From Balanoglossus misakiensis (taxonomy: Eukaryota > Animalia > Hemichordata), in the NCBI GenBank assembly GCA_040954595.2, contig CM082583.2, positions 1 through 32,441 of the forward strand: a DNA stretch of 32,441 nt, in the 5' to 3' direction. The notes under the pieces are model-generated. The model did no database searches and was not told the origin of the DNA. It saw only the letters and a list, made by a program, of their open reading frames with translations. A program made the translations under genes and the position numbers. Of the stretch, positions 8,545-19,500 are shown in pieces (within the stretch, counting starts at the first letter, position 1; each line of letters opens with the position of its first letter).

Positions 8545-9602
8545 AAAATGAGAGGCAATTTGGGAGGACTCTGACGTGTCGTTAAATACGATGCAATGCA
8601 AGCTATTTCACTGGAAAATCTTAACAATAATATCAGTATCTACTGGCATAGCACATACGTTAACAGGGAATGAAATAAGCATAGAATAGCTTACAGACAC
8701 TGCCAAAGGTTCTATAGAGACTAATGTATGATTTGGATGAATACGACCATTCATGGACAGTCTCAATAATAATGAAACAACTAAATAACTAATACAATAA
8801 TAACCTAACTCAAGTCAATATACAATATTTAACTTATAACTTAATATTTTTTTTTTCAACAAGTGCTGAAATTTTTTTTTTTTTTTCCACGTCGTTTGGA
8901 AAATAATGAACTGAAATTTACAAAGAAAATTATACTTCCGCACTTAACCAAAATATACTGTTGAAAGAAAATAAAATTTATATATATATATTTTTTTTCG
9001 TTTAAAGCAGGCTAAATGCAACAAAACAGGGGTTTATATCCACATGGAGCCCACTTCAACAATTAAATCAAAGTCAAAACTACTTTGACCACATTGCATT
9101 ATATAGACAATATTGAAATTTCTAAGAAAAATTTACAAACATTACGTTACACCAGGTTCTACGGCGAATAACCAGAAAGTTCGTTTGCAATAAAATACCC
9201 AGTCCACAAGTTCAAGTCCGAAGTTATCACAGATGGAAACTATGCGCCACGGACGGAATTTATGCGCACTGTCTATAGTTCGCACGGAATAACACTGTCA
9301 AGTTCTGGACACACAATACCTTGTATACCGCGATGAACACTTCACACTAAACAGTTCCGGCCGGTAACAGTTCAGCGACTTCACCACTTGGCACTCTGCA
9401 GAGAATTTTCCTCGCCGTTGACGCTTGGACCTGGCTCCCGTCTGTCTGCAGTCCGGGTGGCTCCCCAAGGACGTCCAGCTCAGCGAAAGACACACCTGGT
9501 TGGGCGTTGTCCGTTGTCCAGACACTTCTGACCAGTTAAAACATGGCACTTGTCAGTATCATCCTCTCCGTCCCGAAAAAAGAACTTGCGTAGGAATTGC
9601 CA

Positions 9603-9621
9603 AATCCTGCCGACTACGCCA
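9603..9621 (-). other. Primer binding site, tRNA-Ser
   Basis: TGGCGTAGTCGGCAGGATT lies 2 nt inside the 5' LTR. It is complementary to the metazoan tRNA-Ser(AGA/TGA) 3' end AATCCTGCCGACTACGCCA (tRNA sequence recalled, not searched). Confidence 0.9.
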
Positions 9622-9623
9622 TT

Positions 9624-10265
9624 TGTCACGGTTGTCGCCGTTCATTCCAACATATTCACACCAAACAGGTTACGGTTAACAAAGACATAGGCCTTACATT
9701 TAATAACTGAAATGGAACAAATACATGTCAGTTCCAACGTGTGTGGCCGGTCTGGCTACAGAGGTGAACTGCTAAATTACACACATGTATGGGAGTTCAC
9801 CTCCAACAGAATACACCAAAATTCATGCAAGTGAAAAATATAGACATACAATTGGAAAATTGACGCAAGTTAAAGACACCAATTACTTGTGCTGAAATGA
9901 GTCGGTAGAATGCACCAAAATACAAAGCTTCAAGCAACAGGTAAGGTACAAGGAAACTAACCTGAAATGGAACAAATACATGTCAGTTCCAACGTGTGTG
10001 GCCGGTCTGGCTACAGAGGTGAACTGACCAATTTTATGCACCATGTCCTTTTATATCAGCAATTACATCATAGTGCCAGATTAGCTTGTGTTCATTGGTC
10101 AAATGAAACTTCCAGGTGGTTTGCATATAATTAAGACCAACCAATTGAAGGTAAGTACTATTACGTCATATGAATAATTGAATAACTAATTACTATAAGA
10201 TACAGGTATAACATACATACAGATATACATGTATACAAATTCAATGGATCAACAAGGCCGTTACA
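9624..10265 (-). repeat. 5' LTR of the Gypsy element
   Basis: 642-bp repeat of 2188-2829, adjacent to the PBS. Confidence 0.97.
10022..10055 (-). promoter_or_regulatory. LTR core promoter: TATA box and initiator
   Basis: TATAAAAG (10055-10048) lies 30 nt upstream of the A (10025) of an Inr-consensus TCAGTT. Confidence 0.7.
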
Positions 10266-13200
10266 AAATCATAAAAAATAAACTCTTTTCTTCATTTTCG
10301 GAAATATTATGGAGCATGAAGTGTCGTTCTCTTGTAAAAAGTGCTGCAAATTCCAGAAAATGTGGTATAATTTGAATCACCCAAGACAAAATTACCATTT
10401 TCGACTTTTTTTCGAAAAATTGTCTTGTTTTACAAAATAAATAAGAATAAATTCTTTTCTTAGTTTCAAACGGGTAGAGATACTTTACACACGGGTTTTC
10501 TAACATTGAATTCCCGTTCATCAACTCAGATTTCCTACAGCACAAGTCGGCTAAAACCCTGACACTCTAGAGCAGAAACATTGCACACTGGTAACGTTGA
10601 ACAAGTCGATTTTTCTACGGCCTGGCTCGGCTAAATCTCCGTCACAATATGACAGACACTAGCGTAAGTTAGCAACGGTGATCAAGTCAGATTTTCTACG
10701 GCATAGCTCGGATAAAGCCCCGGCACTCTAGAGCAGAAACACGCGTACAGAGACCACGTTGATCAAGTCTGATCTCCTACGGCTTGGCTCGACTAAAACC
10801 CCGGCACACTATGACAGACACTATCGTACGTTAGCAACGGTGATCAAGTCAGATTTTCTACGGCATGGCTTGGATAAAGCCCCGGCACTCTAGAGCAGAA
10901 ACACGCGTACAGAGACCACGTTGATCTACTCACATTTCCTTCGGCCTGGCACGGCTGATGCCCCGGCACTATATATAGGACACAGACTGGCGTAAGTTAA
11001 CAACGGTAATCACGTCGGGTTTCCTACGGCCTGGCTCAGCTGAAGCCCCGGCACTCTAGAGCAGAAACAGGCGTACATTGACCACGTTGATCAAGTCAGA
11101 TTTCCTACGGCGTGATTCGGCTGGTGCACCGGCTCTATATGACACAGACTGGCGTAAGTTATCAACGGTGATTACGTCGGATTTCCTACGGCATGGTTTA
11201 GCTGAAGCCCCGGCACTTTAGAGCGGAAACACGCGTACATTGACCACGATGATCAAGTCAGATCTCCTACGGCCTGGCTCTTCTAAAACCCCGGCACACC
11301 ATGACAGACACTAGCGTTCGTTAGCAACGGTGATCAAGTCGGATTTCCTTCGGCCTGGCTCTGCAAAAGACCCGACACATTAGTACAAAGACGCTGGCTA
11401 AGTCGGGCAAACCGAAGAGGGAAAGTCACAGCGGGTCAACACTCGACATTTGTTCGGGTAGGACTGCATTATTGCCTGTCAATTTATAGAGAAAGCCCGA
11501 ATTTAACCAGGGCGTTTCAAACACCGACGTTATTTGGGGGCACGGCCTGCAGTACTGCCGGGTAAGCTGACATCGGCGTACCGCATATAATGTAGGGGGG
11601 GGGGGGGGCAGAATGGTTCAATACTACATTTATTAGATATCAGCTAATTTTGGACAATCATCTAAAATCTAAATCATTTTTTCATATTTGGATATCTGAT
11701 GATGTATGAACTTTCCAATATATGTAAAAATGGTGCTGATTATAAAAAATGCACTCTGAATGAGCTGATTTAATACAAAATTGCGTTTTATTCGTTTTTG
11801 CACCAAAAAGGTCATTTTTAGGCAAAACATTCTTTATTTTTTTAATTCGGTGGCCTGATCATATATAAGCAATTGCTTTCATGTTAAAAGTTTTTATGAC
11901 TTTTAAAAGCAGTGACACTGGCGGCATTCAACACGAAAATAACAATTTTAACCACAATTTGGTCAAAATGGTAAATTTTTGAAAATTACAAAAAATACCT
12001 GTTTTCTACATTTTCGGAAATCTGATGGAGTATAGAATGCTCTTCGTATATATATATCGATACAAATTCCACAAAAGACCGTCTAATTTGGCTCACTGCA
12101 GACAAAATTGCGTTTTACCAAATTTTTCTTGAAAATGTCATTTTTAGAAAAATAAAATAAAAAAACCTTCGTTCTTCGAATTTGGTGCCCTGATCATATA
12201 TGACATGTTGATTGTATGTTAAAATTTTCGACCACTCCAAAAATGCAGAGATATTGACGGAATTCAAGAAAAAATAGCCATTTTGGCCATATTTTGACAA
12301 AATGGTACATTTTTAAAAAATCATAAAAAATAAACTCTTTTCTTCATTTTCGGAAATATTATGGAGCATGAAGTGTCGTTCTCTTGTAAAAAGTGCTGCA
12401 AATTCCAGAAAATGTGGTATAAATTGAATCACCCAAGACAAAATTACCATTTTCGACTTGTTTTCGAAAAATTGTCTTTTTTAAAAAATAAACAAGAATA
12501 AATTCTTTTCTTAGTTTCAAACGGGTAGAGATACTTTCCACACGGGTTTTCTAACATTGAATTCCCGTTCATCAACTCAGATTTCCTACAGCATAAGTCG
12601 GCTGAAACCCTGACACTCTAGAGCAGAAACAGTTGCACACTGATAACGTTGAACAAGTCGATTTTTCTACGGCCTGGCTCGGCTAAATCTCGTCACAATA
12701 TGACAGACACTAGCGTACGTTAGCAACGGTGATCAAGTCAGATTTTCAACGGCATAGGTTGGATAAAGCCCCGGCACTCTAGAGCAGAAACACGCGTACA
12801 GAGACCACGTTGATCAAGTCTGATCTCCTACGGCTTGGCTCGACTAAAACCCCGGCACACTATGACAGACACTAGCGTTCGTTAACAACGTTGATCAAGT
12901 CAGATTTCCTACGGCATGGCTTTGCTAAAGCCCTGACACTCTAGAGCAGAAACACGCGTACAGAGACCACGTTGATCTACTCACATTTCCTTCGGCCTGG
13001 CACGGCTGATGCCCCGGCACTATATATAGGACACAGACTGGCGTAAGTTTACAACGGTAATCACGTCGGGTTTCCTACGGCCTGGCTCAGCTGAAGCCCC
13101 GGCACTCTAGAGCAGAAACAGGCGTACATTGACCACGTTGATCAAGTCAGATTTCCTACGGCGTGACTCGGCTGGTGCCCCGGCTCTATATGACACAGAC

Positions 13201-16134
13201 TGGCGTAAGTTATCAACGGTGATTACGTCGGATTTCCTACGGCCTGGTTTAGCTAAAGCCCCGGCACTTTAGAGCGGAAACACGCGTACATTGACCACGA
13301 TGATCAAGTCAGATCTCCTACGGCCTGGCTCGACTAAAACCCCGGCACACCATGACAGACACTAGCGTTCGTTAGCAACGGTGATCAAGTCGGATTTCCT
13401 TCGGCCTGGCTCTGCAAAAGACCCGACACTCTAGTACAAAGACGTTGGCTAAGTCGGGCAAACCGAAGAGGGAAAGTCACAGCGGGTCAACACTCGACAT
13501 TTGTTCGGGTAGGACTGCATTATTGCTTGTCAATTTATAGAGAAAGCCCGAATTTAACCAGGGCGTTCCAAACACCGACGTTAGTTGGGGGCACGGCCTG
13601 CAGTACTGCCGGGTAAGCTGACATCGGCGTACCGCATATAATGTAAGGGGGGGGGGGGGACAGAACGGTTCAATACTACATTTATTAGATATCAGCTAAT
13701 TTTGGACAATCATCTAAAATCTAAATCATTTTTTCATATTTGGATATCTGATGATATATGAAATTTCCATTATATGTAAAAATGGTGCTTATTATAAAAC
13801 ATGCACTCTGAATGAACTGATTTAATACAAGATTGCGTTTTATTCGTTTTTGCACCAAAAAGGTCATTTTTAGGCAAAACATTCTTTATATTTTTAATTC
13901 GGTGACCTGATCATATATAAACAATTGCTTGTATGTTAAAAGTTTTTATGACTTTTAAAAGCAGTGACACTGGCGGCATTCATCACGAAAATAACAATTT
14001 TAGCCACAATTTGGTCAAAATGGTAAATTTTTGAAAATTACAAAAAATACCTGTTTTCTACATTTTCGGAAATCTCATGGAGTATAGAATGCTCTTCGTA
14101 TGTATATATCGGTACAAATTCCACAAAAGACCGTCTAATTTGGCTCACTGCAGACAAAATTGCGTTTTACCAAATTTTCCTTGAAAATGTCATTTTTAGA
14201 AAAAAAAATAAAAAAACCTTTGTTCTTCGAATTTGGTGCCCTGATCATATATGACATGTTGAATGTATGTTAAAACTCTCGACCACTCCAAAAATGCAGA
14301 GATATTGACGGAATTCAAGAAAAATAGCCATTTTGGCCATATTTTGACAAAAATGGTAAATTTTTAAACAATCATAAAAAATTAACTCTTTTCTTCATTT
14401 TCGGAAATATTATGGAGCATGAAGTGTCGTTCTCTTGTAAAAAGTGCTGCAAATTCCAGAAAAGGCGGTATAATTTGAATCACCCATGACAAAATTACCA
14501 TTTTCGACTTTTTTTCGAAAAATTGTGATTTTTACGAAATAAATAAGAATAAATTATTTTCTTAGTTTCAAAAGGGTAGAGACACTTTCCACACAGGTTT
14601 TTTAACATTGAATTCCCATTCATCAACTCAGATTTCCTACAGCATAAGTCGGCTAAAACCCTGACACTCTAGAGCAGAAACAGTTGCACACTGGTAACGT
14701 TGAACAAGTCGATTTTTCTACGGCCTGGCTCGGCTAAATCTCCGTCACAATATGACAGACACTAGCGCACGTTAGCAACGGTGATCAAGTCAGATTTTCT
14801 ACGGCATGGCTGGGATAAAGCCCCGGCACTCTAGAGCAGAAACACGCGTACAGAGACCACGTTGATCAAGTCTGATCTCCTACGGCTTGGCTCGACTAAA
14901 ACCCCGGCACACTATGACAGACACTAGCGTTCGTTAGCAACGTTGATCAAGTCAGATTTCCTACGGCATGGCTTGGCTAAAGCCCTGGCACTCTAGAGCA
15001 GAAACACGCGTACAGAGACCACGTTGATCTACTCCCATTTCCTTCGGCCTGGCACAGCTGATGCCCCGGCACTATATATAGGACACAGACTGGCGTAAGT
15101 TAACAACGGTAATCACGTCGGGTTTCCTACGGCCTGGCTCAGCTGAAGCCCCGGCACTCTAGAGCAGAAACAGGCGTACATTGACCACGTTGATCAAGTC
15201 AGATGTCCTACGGCGTGACTCCGCTGGTGCACCGGCTCTATATGACACAGACTGGCATAAGTTATCAACGGTGATTACGTCGGATTTCCTACGGCCTGGT
15301 TTAGCTCAAGCCCCGGCACTTTAGAGCGGAAACACGCGTACATTGACCACGATGATCAAGTCAGATCTCCTACGGCTTGGCTCGACTAAAACCCCGGCAC
15401 ACTATGACAGACACTAGCGTTCGTTAGCAACGTTGATCAAGTCAGATTTCCTACGGCATGGCTTGGCTAAAGCCCTGGCATTCTAGAGCAGAAACACGCG
15501 TACAGAGACCACATTGATCTACTCACATTTCCTTAGGCCTGGCACGGCTGATGCCCCGCACTATATATAGGACACAGACTGGCGTAAGTTAACAACGGTA
15601 ATCACGTCGGGTTTCCTACGGCCTGGATCAGCTGAAGCCCCTGCACTCTAGAGCAGAAACAGGCGTACATTGACCACGTTGATCAAGTCAGATTTCCTAC
15701 GGCCTGGTTCGACTAAAACCCCGGCACACCATGACAGACACTAGCGTTCGTTAGCAACGGTGATCAAGTCTGATTTCCTTCGGCCTGGCTCGGCAAAAGA
15801 CCCGACCCTCTAGTACAAAGACGTTGGCTAAGTCGGGCAAACCGAAGAGGGAAAGTCACAGCGGGTCAACACTCGACATTTGTTCGGGTAGGACTGCATT
15901 ATTGCCTGTTAATTTATAGAGAAAGCCCGAATTTAACCAGGGCGCTTCAAACGGGTAAGGTGACATCGGCGTACCGCATATAATGTAAGGGGGGGGGGGG
16001 GGGGGACAGAACGGTTCAATACTACATTTATTAGATATCAGCTAATTTTGGACAATCATCTAAAATCTAAATCATTTTTTCATATTTGGATATCTGATGA
16101 TGTATGAAATTTCCATTATATGTAAAAATGGTGC
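10266..16134. repeat. Macrosatellite, middle segment (M2-M4)
   Basis: Same monomer. 81-bp arrays at about 10518-11402 (11 units), 12569-13453 (11) and 14620-15832 (15). G runs at 11595, 13647 and 15989. Confidence 0.97.
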
Positions 16135-16544
16135 TGTGGGGAATATTTTCTTACGATTTGGCCGCCGCTCATTCCCAGGGACACTGAAGAAACTCACCGC
16201 TACTCCCGTTCACAGAATAACACAGGTTTATTGCGTTAAAACTCGCAATTTAACAGACAACGCATCAATAAATTGTATTTGGCATGGCTTCCATGATGAA
16301 CAACAAAGCATGATGGGAAATCGAGAATGTTCTTAACTCAGAGTTCGAAATGTTGCACGGAATCACGGAAATCAATGTCCGGAAAAAGTCAGTAATGTTC
16401 CTACGTAAAAACTAAGTTTTCTGAACAAAATAAACACATGAAAACAACAATAAACGTTCAGTGTAGTTCAAAAACAAGACGGCAAAGGTCATCACTGAGC
16501 TAATAATAGTCATGCCGTCATCAAAACCCGCATGTTTTCCCACA
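16135..16544 (-). repeat. 3' LTR of the BEL/Pao element
   Basis: Repeat of 22212-22621 with one visible mismatch (T16294 vs C22371). AATAAA on the minus strand at 16232-16227. Confidence 0.97.
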
Positions 16545-16554
16545 CCCTCCCCCT
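16545..16554 (-). other. Polypurine tract of the BEL/Pao element
   Basis: AGGGGGAGGG immediately precedes the 3' LTR. Confidence 0.9.
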
Positions 16555-16588
16555 ATTAAAGTTATTTCAACTTTAATATCAAGGTTTT

Positions 16589-19500
16589 CTAGTCATCTTC
16601 GTTCTCATTAGCAATAACCCCAACTAGACGATCTACTGCTGCAGTCTTCGCTCGCCGAGCCGGGCGTCTGAAATCTTGGCCAATCAGGTTTCCGTCCCCT
16701 TCCTCAGTCGGAGTGCGCTCCTGGTCAATCACTGGAACAGCATCTCCTGGTCCGATGTTTTCATCCACCACGGTTTCATCAGCAGCCCCGCCGACTTCCA
16801 GATCACACACCAACTGGATGGGTCTCTCTACAACGTAGCCGCTACCGGTCTGTATCTTATAACCTCGTAGCACTCCATCTTTTCCAACAATGTTATCTAC
16901 AATCCGCCCTATTTTCCAATTCGCTCGATTCTTAGTTGTGTCCTTCAGCAGAACAATCGAATTCTTTCCCGGCAACTTCTGTTCCTTCGCTTCGACTTTC
17001 TTACTGCATCGCTCCTGCAAGGCATGAAGGTACTCGTTGAGCCAGCGTTTACGGACATTTTGTCTGCAGGTCTTCAGGTACCTCATGCGTTTACTCATCT
17101 CATCCTGTGAATCACCTACATCTCTCACACTGTCCTCCAGAAACTGTGCTGGCTGTCCACGCAGCAGCAAGTTTGGAGTAATCACCATTTGATCAAAATC
17201 TTCCTCCATGTAGCACAGTGGCCTGTTGTTCATGAAAGTCTCCACGTCAAGTAAGACTTCTTCGAGCTCTTCAAACTTCAGTAGTGCTCGTCCTATCGCT
17301 TTCGAAAGACTTCTCTTCATGATGCCGATGAGTCTTTCAAAGAAACCACCCCACCATGGAGAACGTGACATGTTGAATTTCCACTCTATATTCTTCGTTG
17401 CGAGATAGTTGAACAAATCTTCATCTTTCTCTAAGGTAGACAACCAATTCTTGGTTGCGATGAACGTCTTGGCATTGTCACTCACCATAAGACTCGGTGA
17501 ACCTCTGCGTGCAACAAATTCTTTCAATCCTCGTTTGAATTCATTCGCAGACAGGTCTCTGCAAAGCTTCAGATGTACAGCTCTGGTGCTGGCACATGTG
17601 AACAGTGCAATGTACGCCTTGTTCGTCCCATACTTCTCAACTTTGTACAGAAGTGGACCTGCAAAATCCACACCGGTCACATCAAATGGCTCAGTGAATT
17701 CGGTTCTGAAGGTGGGCAGTGCCGCTGTCGTTGGAGCATCCAACACCTTCGCTCGATACTTCGTACAGTAGATACATCCATGTCGTATGGATTTGACAAC
17801 AGATCGTAGTTTCGGTATCCAGTATTTCTCTCTGACTTTACTCATCGTTGTGGCCACTCCCCCATGCAAAGTTTGCAGATGGCAATGTTCAACGATACGC
17901 TTCGCTAAGGCTGATTTCCTTGGGATGAAGATAGGGTTGTAACCTTGAACTCTACCATAACACCTCAGTATTCCATCCTGACCTGTCTTCAGTGTGAGGT
18001 CAGAGGTCATGGTATTTGTCTGCTGAGTCACTCGGATCCATATCTTCTCTGACGCTCCGATCTCAGATTTCGTGAGTGGTCCAACTCTTCTCACCCCTTT
18101 ACAGCTGTCTATGAAACGCTTCATGTATGACGTTATGCGGAGAAGCTTCCAGAAGTTGTATTTGCTGAGGAGCACCTGTGCCCAGGCTTTCATATCATCC
18201 TGAGTAGTATCTTCCAGGAGTAGCATAACTTCACTTCTCTTTGTCGACTTCTTCTCTGACATGGTTCCCTCTGACTCTGAAATCTCTGGCTGAACTGGTC
18301 TGTCCCTGTCATTTGAAAGCCAGCTTGGTCCATGAAACCACATGACCCCAAGTCTGCTTGGCGCTGACCCTCTAGTTCCCATGTCACTTGGATTTTCAGC
18401 TGTTGATACATATCTCCACTTGGATTCCGTCAGCTCACCAATCTTCTTGACTCGATTGCGCACAAACGTTGACCACTCTCCGTGATTGGACAGCCAGTAC
18501 AAAACTGTAGTGCTGTCCACCCAACTATAACAGGCAGTAATAGGAAAGTCGGCCAATGCTTTGCTGACATTACTCTGTAGTTTGGCTAATGTGTGGGCAG
18601 CTACCAACTCCAACCTGGGAATGCTGACTTGTTTCGGTGCGATTCTTGATTTAGCCACAAGTAGATTCTGGCTGATCGGTGTAGAGTTGTTGTATGCTAC
18701 TACATAGATTGCAGCACAAACAGCGACCTTGCTGGCATCTGCAAACCCATGCATCTCAAAATGTGTTGGCTTGTTGGTGAACACACAGCGTGGTATGGTG
18801 ATGGTTGGTGCCTGCCGCAAGCTCTTTATCCACATCCGCCATTTCCGTTGAATCTCAGCTGGAACTTCCTCATCCCAGTGTAACTGCAGGAGGCAAACTT
18901 CACTGAAGATTACCTTCGCAGTGATGGTGACTGGTGAACTCCATCCAAGTATGTCATAAATGGTGTTGATATCTGCTAACATCTTCCTTTTGGTGATCGG
19001 TTCACTGCTCTTCAGGCATGATTTGAAACTGATTGTTAATGTGTCCTCACACTTGTTCCATGGAATACCCAGGATCTTTGTATCATCACTGGATGTACTT
19101 CTGACAGGACTTGTAGTCTCCTGCTCTTCTCCTCTCTTATTGTTCTCTTCTGAGTTTAAGTGAGTGACGTTGCTGTGCCATTTATGAAGAGAGAATCCAC
19201 CCTTTGACAGTATTTCGGTGGACTCTTCTTTGAAGGCCGCAACATCATCTTCTGTATCCCCACCTCCTTGTATATCGTCAACATATGTATCATCCAACAA
19301 TGTCTGGGCTGTTGTCGGATATTCTTCCTTGTAGCTCTCTATGTGTTTCTGTAGTGTTACCCCAAGTATGTACGGACTTGAAGTCGCTCCAAAGATCACC
19401 CGCGTAAAGCGGTACTCTGTCACTTTACGATCTTGTAGATTGTTGTACCATAACACACGCAGCGCATCCCTGTCTTGCTCATGTACGCGGATTTGCAGGA

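Larger units (their letters stand above)
2188..10265 (-). mobile_element. Full-length Ty3/Gypsy LTR retrotransposon (8078 bp)
   Basis: Two 642-bp LTRs with TGT...ACA ends. 4-bp TSD AAAT at 2184-2187 and 10266-10269; the empty site aaaaaatcataaa is seen in other monomers. PBS, gag, and pol in PR-RT-RH-IN order. Confidence 0.98.

Noticed and set aside
9603-9621. tRNA gene
   Set aside because: Only the 3' 19 nt, including CCA, are present; this is the PBS.
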